Source: Paragordius varius | Lineage: Eukaryota > Animalia > Nematomorpha | DNA: 64,000 bases | NCBI GenBank assembly: GCA_964247055.1 | Contig: OZ176051.1 | Coordinates: 14,632,001 to 14,696,000 of the forward strand | Direction: 5' to 3' | In this document: piece by piece, positions 1-11,399 of the stretch | Layout of the letters: each line of letters starts with the position of its first letter | Position numbering within the stretch: position 1 is the stretch's first letter | Notes under the pieces: model-generated | What the model saw: only the letters and a program-made list of their open reading frames with translations | The model's database searches: none | What the model was told of the DNA's origin: nothing | Program-made: the position numbers and the translations under genes

Positions 1-679
1 TTCATGAGATTTTTCAAACCGTTCGAGTTTTATTCACACAGGAAAACACAGACGGGGTTGTAAAATTGCAGGATGCATTTCCTATTTTCTGAATCAAAAT
101 ATTAACAATTTTTTTCTAAATCTCTCCTAACACAAGTGAATCATTGGAATAATTATTTCATAACTTTCTTTTATATATTGATATATGGATACATTATTAT
201 TTATCTAGACTCAAATCTGAGCACATTATATTATTATATTAAACTTTGGGGACACGGATATTGAGGCTTCTAAGAAATAAAACCTAATTCAATTGACGAC
301 TAATTCTATAATAAACTCTCAGATGGGCTGTTCAACCAAGTAACCGATTTATAAAATTTGGCAGATATGTAGCTGCACCAGTTCATTCGTAGACTTTTCT
401 TGATGTTATTTTTATATTTTTTAGATATGTGAATAGCCTGACGACGGTGTGGTACAATCATTTTTATCGATTTCATTCATGGATGTGACACCTATCCTAA
501 AGAGACTTATCGCCTATCTATAATCATTTACTTGGCTATTTAATTTAATGTTTTTATAACTCTTGATATTTTGATTTTATATTATTATATAAAATTTTTG
601 TATGAAAATCATTTATGAAAAACCCCTAATTAAAACAAAACCGATTCCAAAACCGGTTCTTTCGATACCATTAAATTAT

Positions 680-2858
680 CGACCCAGTTGCGGTTTTTTT
701 ACTCATGAACCACCCCGGAGGCAGTTCCTAAATAACAAGCACCGCGGTTTCATTTTCGATTACTAGAAGCCATGCCTCCATTTTTTTTGGCCCAGCTCGA
801 TGCTCTGACATATACATATATAAACAAATATATTAGATATATCGTATCTAGATCTACCGAATTGATCCACGATTTCTCGAGCTATATAATCAAAAATATC
901 TGTATAACTAATATTTGGGTGATTATTTTCGACATAAAATAATTACCATTTTGTATTTCCTCTGTCGTAGGTTCTGGTCTATTAGCTAAATATAAATTAT
1001 TTAATTTTATTATTCTAAGTTCATACGTATATTTTTTATATATATTATATGTGAATTTAAACCAATATCTTCTGTATCTAAGCTGTCTGTTTTTGCAGAT
1101 GGATTTCCTATAAAACAATTTATAACGAATCATATATGCGGAAATTAATTAGTGTATTACCTTCACTTTCAGAATCTACAACAAAATTAATTGATTGTAC
1201 ATAATTGAAAATAAATTATTTGATATGTAATTACTCAAATTTGAATCAGACTGAGAAGGTTGATTATTCCCAGCATCAGCTCTTGACTCTGTTGGTGGAT
1301 TTTCTGGGATTTCTTCATTTTGACTCTCTTCAACAGTCGGGTTTTCGTTGTTGGCGAGATTGTTTGGTATATTTTCGCCCCCTAACTCGATATCATTGAT
1401 GCCTTGTGCGATAGCTACAACTTCTGGTGTTTCCGAGGCTCCAGCACCCACAATGGCTGAAAATATTAATATTTTGATGATCCCCGAAATTTGATTGAAA
1501 TTAACAGTGTAACATGGTAAAATTTAATTTTAGTCAAAAATATTAAAATTGTCGGACGGTTTTATGAACACAACCAATTTTTAAAATTAAAATTCTTATA
1601 TTTTATTTCATACTATACCGATTCTGATTTGTTATCGACAAAGAGCTCACTGCCAAATTTGCCTGATTTTTTTATTTTACCCTATCTATTTCCTTGGGAA
1701 TGTAAATTTATTCTTGGATATGTATTTTAGTACAGTTCTTTAATTATTATAAAATATTTTATTGATTGCACTTTTAAAAGTAAATTTAATATATAACACA
1801 ACAATAATATATATAGATAATAATATATAATCTGATTGTTTTGTTAATACATTTTAATTTATAATAATTAAGAGAATCGTACCGCAAAAATGGAACAAAA
1901 TTTTGCACGTGTGAAAACATGTAATGTAATAAAAGATAAATTTCTTCAATTTTGAAATACTAGAGAGAGACGATAGTACAAAAGAAAGCATTACTGTTAA
2001 TCAGTTCAGTTCATGAATATTTTACCCCTTTATAATTTTAGCTTAAAGTCAAAAATCAAAGAAATATTTATATAAAAAAATGTGATATTAAGGTTCCTCT
2101 ATTTTTTTCCATTTTATTCAAAATATTAGAAATAACCATCAACAACTGGTTATGTCTCGCTAACCCTTATTGTTAAAAAAGACCAATGATGGAAAATAGT
2201 GAAACATTAAAATATAATAATAAATAAAAAATAGATAACATACTTCCAATCACACCTGTTATTAATAATAAAATAAAAATTAATATATAAAAAATGAACC
2301 TGTTGACGCTGCTACAATATATGTATATAAAACTTGTAACAAATTTTAACTGATCCTATTATTAATATTTATTTCTAATAATTAATTATAAATATAACTT
2401 AATATTGGTAAAAAAGACATTATAATCGAAATGGTACCTCCAATCATTGCGATTGGTCCAATAAATGTGTCATTCTTTTTCATCAGCGGTGCCTTCTGTT
2501 GTTCGGGAGTATTACTTACTTTGGGATGATCCATCTTTGGTTTATTCCTTTTTTTTTGTTTTGGAACGTGTGGAAAATGTGAAGAAGGTTGTGAAACAGG
2601 AAAAGTAACATTGTGTTGTCGGATGTAAAATGAGTTGGCCCATATTTCTGAGAGTAAATAGTTCATGGAAAACACCACTAAAACATAAAATCATAATTTA
2701 TAATTAAATGAAATTTCAAATTACATCTTTAATACTTGGTATTTTCAAGAATATTTGTAAAAAATATTATATTTTTAAATAGTCATTGAATAATATCCAA
2801 TTTTTGTACATAGATATCTTTACTTATCCACTACCAAACCAAGAATATATGCTTGCAT
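680..2858 (-). CDS. Multi-exon gene with symmetric phase-1 micro-exons; probable secreted acidic low-complexity protein
   Basis: AG/GT-bounded exons, read high to low: 2677-2438 (240 nt), 2311-2300 (12), 2255-2244 (12), 1456-1235 (222), 1175-1161 (15), 1107-1063 (45), 985-947 (39), 881-858 (24), then 804-764. They join in one frame: ...FIGPIAMIGAASTGVIGTIVGAGASETPE...SNLNSESEGNPSAKTDSLDTEDIANRPEPTTEEIQNAREIVDQFEHRAGPKK. A possible first exon at 2858-2840 gives the signal-peptide-like MQAYILVVFSMNYLLSEIWA. Both gene ends are uncertain. Confidence 0.62.
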
Positions 2859-3229
2859 TGATTATTACGGTAAAAAGAAATTATATAAAAAGTGAAATAT
2901 ATTTTTGAAACAGTCTCTTCCAACTTTGACTTTCACCAATTTTCGAGGATTGATATAAATTGGAAGGACCCTATATTCAAAAAATTAAAAAATGTTTTGA
3001 ATAATTATTAATCTTTTTTACTTTGTTAAATATATATACTGTGTCTACAAAAAATAACCTGATAAAATATATATAATTTTTGTGCTAAGAGCTCCATATC
3101 CGAAAATGGAAAAAATTGCGCCTATTTTTTGAATAAACCTTTTTTGAAAGTTAAAGCTTCATTCCAAAAAACTTCCCTAAAATATATCATAAACTACATA
3201 TAGCAAAACAATGTTATCAAAATATCTAA

Positions 3230-6200
3230 TCTTTAGATGTGGGATCCATCCTTAATTTTTTTGCTCTTTGTCATATATTGTCCAATTGATAATTAAACAT
3301 TTCACAAATCGATTAGGACGAATGGAATTTATACAAACTATGTTAAAAAGGTGCGTATAATTTCTGGAAATTTAAATGTCTACAGAGAAGGTTCAACACA
3401 TGTTTATTGCTTTAATTGCGATGACCTGAAGCGGAATATGATTGTGTGGATAGATAATTGTTGAATAGTTTATAATTAAGGTTCAGGTATTTATTTATTT
3501 GACACAAAAGGCTGAATATAAATTAAATCAGATTTAAAATTAGAAGATTCTGTAACACACCCTGCAGTATTAATAAATCATTATAATATCTCAGAGGAAA
3601 CACCACTAATTAAAATGTTCTGATAGCTCTAGCAACAAATCATTCTGCATTCTTTACAACTCACTTTTCATCATTAAATATAAAAACCCATTTTTATCAA
3701 CTAATAAGCTATCTGCCTTCGTTCTTAATCAATTAGCGCATTATATATATAATATATATGATAAAAATTGTTCATTTTTAATAAATTTATAATCATATTT
3801 TTTATTTGGATAAATATCTATGAGCTGAGCAATTAACATATAATTTACATTTAGATTTATTATCAAAAATAAAAACTATTGACAAACCCTATTGAAAAAT
3901 TGATAGTGGTATCATAACTGTTTTTGTTTTTTATTCACAGCATTTGTTGCTACATTTATTTAAAGAGAGATAATATTATATGGATCTTTATTTAAATTTA
4001 ATACATTATTCATTGGGTCTATTCGAAAATAATGATACAGTCGAAAAAAAGCGCATAAAAATATTGAATAGATCCCCCATCAACTAATTATCTGGATTTA
4101 AATAATTACACAAATATGATTGAAAAAAGATTGCTATAATACTATTACCTAAGTGTTGCATACGTCGCTAAAATCTTTGGAGATGAAGTCGATTATAGAG
4201 ATAATCTTTAATTTTTATCATGCGTAACTTTAAGAAACATTATTCGATTATATACAATATATAGCCAGATCTAAAATCCTAAGCAACATCTTAGAAATAC
4301 CATAAAAATGCTTTTTTTAATATAATTGGTGATTAATCTTAACACTATGATCTTTTGGGGTATCCCAGTAAAGTTTGGAGGTGTATAATGATTACGACGT
4401 AATGAAAGCGTCATCTTTTATTTAATAACCACATAATAAGGATATCATTATTATTAGCCTACCAACTAGATTTTGTTTTATAAAAGTCACCAAGTGCTCG
4501 ATAGGAAGTATTATGATTTCTAAATGCAAGGCTAATAATAATGATATTACTGTAAAACTTGAAATTATACGGACAAAAAGTATAAATATAGAGAAAATAT
4601 CTTTTCTAAAAGAAACCCTAGTTTTTAGATCTAATTTTTTACAATGTAACTCATTTTTTTAAACAACAAAGTATAATATAGAGATGTATATTGGTAACAC
4701 AATCAATTATATATATATATATATATGTTGTAATTGTAAATGTATCTTTCATATGGGAAAAATTTAAATTTAGAAAGTATGGTTATCTTTTAAAAAAATA
4801 TTTGTCTCTATATTTTTACGTTCTGTCTGTATAATTTCAGTTTTTACTGTATGTCAAAAGTGTTAAGGTATTACGCAGAAATTAGAAATATGATTTATTT
4901 ATCCTTTCAGGCGGATAATAAAAAAAAATCTTCTAAAAAATGTATATTGTAAAAAAATCCTCATTACAATTTTCGCCATCATTTTTTAAATTTTCTTGCA
5001 AATAGGCAAATAAATCTGTATTATAGCCATAAAATGTAAATAATTAACTTTATTGGGTAATAAAGTTATCGTCAAAAAGTGAATAGATCTTAGAGGTTAA
5101 ATATATTTTTAATATATATATCTATATCTTAATTTTTTTAATATTTCATTATGCAATATCCTGTTATCTCTGAATGACTATCACTTTCTACTACAAAGCG
5201 TAGATACAAAAAATCAAAATCCTTTGAAGTAAATCAATAAAATGTACAATATATATCTAATATAATATGCTGAATTGGGTCAAAAATGATTTATATTTTA
5301 AGTTATCTAGATCCAATCAAAGTAGTTTATATTAATATGAAGGACCTAAAATTTCGGTCAGCCGTTTTAAAGAATTATTGTTGTTATAATTTAATGGATA
5401 ATAAAAATAGTAGGAAATATATATATATATATAAAGCGTCTAAATTAAAATAATAATTTGTATCTCTATTTATGAAATATATAAACACTTATTTATGGAG
5501 AAACTAACAAATCATTCATATTTTTAAACGCACATAAAACGATTTTGAAAATTCGCATATTCCTTTTGTTTTATTCAAATGCTGCATTTTGATCTTTTAC
5601 CCAATAAATGAACAATACAAGGCACGGCATAAAGTAAATCCTGCCATAATTGAAATTTTTAGCCATTATCATTTATGAATAAAATTTAATAACAAATTTT
5701 TAAACAGCCAATTGCTTTTATATTATTACCTTATCTGCAGAGTTTCCATTTATCAAAAACTTAACACGATTCAAATATTTACGAAAAACAATCCCACATT
5801 ATGATATGTTTATATAATAAGTGGGATATTCATAATTACCGGGCGAGGTTTCGCAATTCTAATAATAATTGTAAATATAAATAAATACTTATTATAGTAC
5901 ATATCATAATTTTTAAAAAAAGCGATACCTATAAATTTAAAAAACATTAACTCAATTTTCAATTTTTTTAATATATTAGGATGCATACCTGGATATCTGT
6001 TTATCATAAAAACAACATGTAATTATGTATTTATAAACAAATTTGCATCAATGTTTACTTATTGCAACATTGTAATCATCGGGCCTTCCGAACAAGTCAA
6101 ATCGTTTAGAAAGGACATTCCAAACAACTAGATAAAATATATCTATATTTTAATACCTGAAATCCGATTTTCTTCTGTTGTAATGAATAGGCCGTCTATA

Positions 6201-6249
6201 TTATATTTAATTAATATGATTATAAATTTAAGAAATGTTAAATGGTAAG
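3230..6249 (+). pseudogene. Decayed neprilysin/M13-like paralog (tentative)
   Basis: Stop-interrupted frames with M13-like pieces: SVAYVAKIFGDEV (4152, cf. GxLYVxxxF), NTMIFWGIP (4341, same frame, cf. MxxxIGYP) and a terminal PEIRFSSVVMNRP...NVKW* (6156-6249, cf. PxxxRVxGxLxN...VW*). A 35-nt GT-AG intron is present near 3352-3386. Confidence 0.35.
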
Positions 6250-6639
6250 TAAAAGATAGCCAGTTATAATGTTTGACTTAACCAAATTATATTCATAAAT
6301 CGTTTTCTTTTGCAAGTAATTTTTTTTTATTATTTAAAACTATCGTAAATCTCCTGCTGCTACGAAGACCGAGGATAAAATGATCCATATATGTGGATTA
6401 TTTCAAAACATTATTTAATAGCTATCATAGGATTTTCAAAACGGTGCATTCATACTAACATATTGTTTACTGGTATAAAGGACCCGAATCGACGGCTAAC
6501 GAAAAAAACCACTATACTGTAAATTTTACCTTTTTATGGGTAATATTTAAACCCTTTATTGAACTAGTATGGCTTCTTAAGTTTTTTGAAAATTCGCTGC
6601 AAAGCCACGCCATTTTTGTATGTCTCAGTTTTATACCGG

Positions 6640-8096
6640 TAGACCCCTATCCATAGGCCTATATGGAAAAAGCGCTAAGTTATATTTTTTGCCTTTATGA
6701 GGAATAAGACCATCGTCTCATAGGTTATAAAAAATACCTCAACACTAAATAATCGTTATATGATGGCGTATTTTTAGGGCATAAAGGCCCCAATTAACGG
6801 CTAAAAAAAGGCATGACCTTAATTTTAACCTAGTTACGAGTAATATGTCGAACTTTAAATGAGTTCATTGGCATAAGTTTTCTTTAAATTAGTTCCAAAA
6901 CAACGCAATTTCTATATAGTGGCACAGTTTTTTGCGGGTAGCGTCTTACCCAGATGCAAGTATAAAAAAGCGTCGGGCAAAATTTTTGCTTTTATATGGG
7001 GAATATCTAGAATTTTAATGTTCATGTTCTTATAGTTCTTGGAACTATTGCTTCAAAACTAAAAAACTGTACTATGTCGGCGAATTTTTTGGGGCGTAAA
7101 ACTTTTCTTAGCGGCTCATTGAAATAACCCCTTGTACTAAAATATTTGATTTTTAGGGGGTAATAAATATTTTAGGCCCTTATTGAACTCACACAGTCTC
7201 ATACCTTTTATAAAATTTGGGTACAAAGGCATTCGGTATCGATATAGAGACGCATTTTTACGCGGGTAGCCCTCTACCCAGAGCCTACCGCTAATTTAAA
7301 ACATCCGCTCGACTTAAACTTTTGTCTTTTTGCGGGTAATATATCAGGCCCTTTTAAAACTTATATGGCATGATTGAAAATTAACTCCTAAACAACGTAA
7401 TTTTGATATGGTGGCGCAGTTTTAGGCAGGTAGCTCCCTACCCAGAGGCCAATATTAAAAAAACGTTCAATAATATTATTTGCCATATGAGGGAATACCT
7501 GGAATCATCATTCATTCCAAGTGCTCTTAATAGTTTATGGAAGAATGGCTTCAAAACTAAATAATAGTTCATTAATAGCGCATTTTTAGGGCGTACAAGG
7601 CCTATTTAACCGCTATTGTAAAAAATCCGCGCGACGTAAATTTTTGCCTTGTTGCGGGCATTATCTTAAGCACCTATCTGACTCATATGGCCTGGTATGT
7701 TTTCTGAAATTTAGCCCCAAAGGCACGCTATTTCGATATGACGGGGCAGTTTTTAGAGGGAAACTCCTTACCCAGCAGCCAATATAAAAAAGCACGACTA
7801 AAAGTTTTGCTTTTTTACGGATAATGCCTGGAATCATGAATTCTATATGCTCTCATTAGTTTTCTCGAAAATTGCCTCAAAATTAAAAAATTATTCTATG
7901 GTGGCACATTTTTCAGGGCGTGAAGGGCCTAATTAAAGGCTAATTTCAAAAAACCGCACGATCTAAATTTGTGCCTTGCTACGGGTAATATTTTAAGCAA
8001 CTGTTGAACTCGTATGGCCTGAGGGTTTTTTAAAATTTAGCCCCAAAAGCACGCTATTTTGATATGACGGGGAGGTTTTAAGCGAGTATCTCCTTA
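6640..8096. repeat. Degenerate tandem array of ~165-bp monomers in ~330-bp dimers inside family A
   Basis: The marker (c/t)tacccag occurs at about 6947, 7275, 7439 and 7769, and at the RTE insertion site (spacings about 328, 164, 330, 324). An alternating ggcctaattaacggcta-type marker occurs at about 6786, 7600 and 7927. Confidence 0.8.
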
Positions 8097-9901
8097 AATG
8101 GTAAAATTATATAATAAAGAATTTCAACGACAAACAAGGAAGGATTACGAAGATTTTCTTAATAAACAATGTCTGGAAGTGGAATTAAATAACAAAAAAG
8201 GATTAATGCAACCAATGTTCCAGAAACTGAAGCAAATGACTCATAAACCTTTTATATCATCACAAAAGATTAAAAAAGAGAATGGCACCATATTGTGCAA
8301 ACAAACAGAAGTACGAGAAAGATGGAAGGAATACACCCAAAAACTCTATCAGGCTCCTCAAGCAAAGGTGTTGCAATTAAAAGAAGAAGAACGTGATCCA
8401 GATATATTAAGAGAGGAGGTTGAATTAGCCTTAAAACAAATTCCTAACAACAAAGCGATGGGATTAGACAATATCCCAATAGAGTTCATAAAAGCTATTC
8501 CCGTTGAAAAGTTACACCAGTTATGTCAAAAGGTGTGGGAAACATGTGAGTGGCCAAACGATTGGGCATCATCTGTATATCTCCCAATATATAAAAAAGG
8601 AGATGTACTCCAATGCGAGAACTATCGGAACATATCTCTTATTAGCCACGCTAGTAAGGTCTTACTAAAAGTAATACAAAACAGAATGCACAGTATCATA
8701 CAGACAGAAATACCAGAAAATCAAGCCGGATTTATGAAGGGAAAAAGCACAAGAGACCATATCTCAAACATGAGAAGGATAATGGAAACATCAAAAGAGT
8801 TCCAGAAAGAATTATACATGTGTTTTATTGATTACAGACAAGCATTCGATTCAATTAACTATGACTCCTTGTGGGAAACATTAAAGTTAGTAGGGGTATC
8901 GTCTCACTTAATCAGATTGATTAGCTCTCTGTATGCAAAACAAAGAGCGATTATTAGAACACCAGCGGGGGACACAGACGAAATACCAATCTTGAAAGGA
9001 GTCAGACAAGGGTGTTGCTTATCCCCTTATCTGTTCAATATGTGCACAGAAATGATAATGAGGAAGTTGGATGGTAAAAATATTGGAGTAAGAATAGGAG
9101 GGAGAACAATCAATAATTTAAGGTTTGCAGACGATACCACTCTTATAGCTGAAAGTGCAAATGATTTGAAGGAATTGATTGAAGAGATTCGAAAGGAAAG
9201 TTTGAGGTATGGTCTTAGGCTTAATCCTAACAAAACCAAAATATTATGTACAGGAAAAAAGCCTACAATTATAATAGAAGGAGTAGAAATAGAAATAGTT
9301 AAACAGTTAACGTTTTTGGGCGCAATAATTTCAGAGGATGGGTCTTCAACTCCTGACATCAGAAAGAGAATAGGATTGGGTAGAGAAGCGATGACCAAAT
9401 TAATAAAGATTTGGAAAAACAAAAGCGTAGGAGTTGAAACCAAAAAAAGATTACTCTACTGTTTCGTTCTCCCGGTCACCACATATGGATGTGAGAGTTG
9501 GACTCTCAGAAAAAAGGACAAAGAAAGGCTCATGGCTTTTGAAAGGAGTTGCTGGCGTAGGATGCTAGGATACACCTGGAAGGATAAAATTAAGAATGAA
9601 AATCTAACTACAGAATTAAAACCTAAAACAAACATCATGGAGATAATTCTAAAAAGAAAGTTAACATATTTTTGTCATGTCATGCGATCGAATTCTCTGG
9701 AGAAAGATACAACGTTTGGGAAGGTAGAAGGGCAAAGGAAACGAGGCCGACCACCGATGAGGTGGTTGGATATGATAAAAGAAGAGACCAAAATGACACT
9801 GAAAGAGCTCAATATAGCGGTTAAAGATAGAAAAAAATGGAAAGAAATAGTTAAAACTATATCCAAAAAGTCGTTTACGACTTAGGAAAAACCAACCAAC
9901 C
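8097..9901 (+). mobile_element. 5'-truncated RTE-clade non-LTR retrotransposon
   Basis: 9-bp TSD ATCTCCTTA at 8088-8096 and 9902-9910, and a 3' (AACC)n tail. The empty-site motif ctccttacccagcagc is present in sibling repeats (~7765). The endonuclease domain is missing. Confidence 0.93.
8098..9885 (+). CDS. RTE-type reverse transcriptase (595 aa, uninterrupted, no APE domain)
   Basis: Motifs IYKKGDVLQCENYRNISL, QAGFMKGKST, FIDYRQAFDSI, GVRQGCCLSPYLF, NLRFADD, YGCESW and the RTE C-terminal EGQRKRGRPPMRWLD. Confidence 0.92.
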   Translation: MVKLYNKEFQRQTRKDYEDFLNKQCLEVELNNKKGLMQPMFQKLKQMTHKPFISSQKIKKENGTILCKQTEVRERWKEYTQKLYQAPQAKVLQLKEEERDPDILREEVELALKQIPNNKAMGLDNIPIEFIKAIPVEKLHQLCQKVWETCEWPNDWASSVYLPIYKKGDVLQCENYRNISLISHASKVLLKVIQNRMHSIIQTEIPENQAGFMKGKSTRDHISNMRRIMETSKEFQKELYMCFIDYRQAFDSINYDSLWETLKLVGVSSHLIRLISSLYAKQRAIIRTPAGDTDEIPILKGVRQGCCLSPYLFNMCTEMIMRKLDGKNIGVRIGGRTINNLRFADDTTLIAESANDLKELIEEIRKESLRYGLRLNPNKTKILCTGKKPTIIIEGVEIEIVKQLTFLGAIISEDGSSTPDIRKRIGLGREAMTKLIKIWKNKSVGVETKKRLLYCFVLPVTTYGCESWTLRKKDKERLMAFERSCWRRMLGYTWKDKIKNENLTTELKPKTNIMEIILKRKLTYFCHVMRSNSLEKDTTFGKVEGQRKRGRPPMRWLDMIKEETKMTLKELNIAVKDRKKWKEIVKTISKKSFTT

Positions 9902-11399
9902 ATCTCCTTACCCAGCAGCTATCATCAAAGAAACGCTTGACTAAAACTTTTGCCTTTTAACAGGGAATACCTGAAATCCTTATTAAATTTTTACGGTCTC
10001 ATACCTTTGGCGAAAAATAGATTCAAAAAATTATTTTTGTGGACTTTAATATTTTGAAAAAAGTGCCATTTTGCGAGGGGAGCGGGTAAAAAGAGAGCCT
10101 AAATTAAAAAAGCGATACGACTATGTTCGGCGCCATCGAAAATAAATAAAAAAATTATATTTGAAATCGAATAGTCCAACACGTGTTCCGGAAAATTGTT
10201 ACGTTTTTGTGGACTTGTTTTCAAAAAAAAGCCAGTTTTTTACACAGGGTGGGCCCGAACTGGGAGCCATTGTCGGGACATTCATCATTAATTTTATTTT
10301 TTCGATATTTGGACTTGAATGGGTCTACCGGTTTCCGGAAACGGATCACAAAGCCACCACTTTTCATTTTTATAAATATATAGATTTAAGTATAAGAATA
10401 TTTCCGCAATTCCCTAAATTTACTTCTTTTAAAATACAACCATACTATTTAAACATATATAAACTATTTAATTACAATTTTAAAATAAATAATGATTATG
10501 GCAATTATCTACATCCCTAATTGATATTTAAACAATTTAAAACATATCTTATAATTAAAAAATGAATTGAAAAAGTATAGCGAATAGAACAAAATTTACG
10601 TTTTTGCAATTTGTCATTAATTATTACTGTACTCTTCTACCCTTTAATTAAAATTAATTTTTAAGTAATTTTATGAATCATTATTTAAATTTTGTATTTT
10701 ATATGGTCCATGTTTCGATTTATACTATATATCCGTTAAAGCAAAAGCGAATTAGTTATAAAACTAATTTTTATGAAATCCAATGCAGCCGAGTAAGTAT
10801 ACTTATATTATCACTGCCATGCTCCATTTTTTCCAATAATGTAATTCTAGATTTATCTTTTTATAGTAATTATATAATTTTGCTTCATAAATAACTGTTT
10901 TGGAGCAGTTAAATACGGTTTTGCATAGTATGCGACAGAATATGTTCATTTAATATCAAATATGAAAATCTCAATTATTTTTAAATTAATGTTATTAAAG
11001 AATTACTACATAATAATGTTTGTTTTTTCCCAAAAATATGCCTTCGAAATGATTTTACTCTTGGAATTATGGCTTAGCGGCAAAGACTGTGGCAAATAAC
11101 TTTAAATTTTAAATTCAACCATATTACCTAAATTTAGATTTACAAGTTTTATCAGAAAAAGTTGATCCTTGTTATATCATTTAAACCTTAAAATTTACCC
11201 AAAATAATTATACCTGAACATTACAAATTCACCCAAACTGTCATTTATATAAATATAATTTTTAATGGCATTATTATTTTTTCTTTTTATGCTAAATTCA
11301 AACAAAATCTCAATTTTCAAAATTTAAAATAGGTTTCAATCATCAAGAATAAATAAATTATATTTTAATTGAATTCACAATTTAAAAGGCGATCAAGTA

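Larger units (their letters stand above)
6337..10385 (+). mobile_element. Non-autonomous Lep1/DINE-like (Helitron/Helentron-type) element, family A, with internal satellite; interrupted by RTE
   Basis: The 5' end (aaactatcg/aaactagcg...atgatccatatatgtggatt) and 3' end (ccggtttccggaaacgg...acttttcatttttataaatatatagat) recur at 39524-40083, 40270-41149 and, reversed, at 63172-64000. The terminal style resembles Lep1-type rolling-circle elements. There is no coding capacity. Confidence 0.55.

Noticed and set aside
2137-2165. Additional 29-nt exon in the micro-exon gene
   Set aside because: It is not symmetric and breaks phase with the 1456 exon; excluded pending cDNA evidence.
6640-8096. CRISPR-like repeat/spacer array
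   Set aside because: The repeats are long degenerate monomers without unique spacers, no cas genes are present, and the context is eukaryotic.
9027-9903. Minus-strand ORFs 9027-9443, 9456-9638, 9661-9903 and 9675-9866
   Set aside because: Antisense shadows of the RTE reverse transcriptase.
10161-10520. ORFs 10161-10520 and 10183-10383, and the similar 40930-41139, 63174-63426 and 63647-63865
   Set aside because: All lie in the family A terminal repeat; frames and stops differ between copies, so they are not conserved coding sequence.
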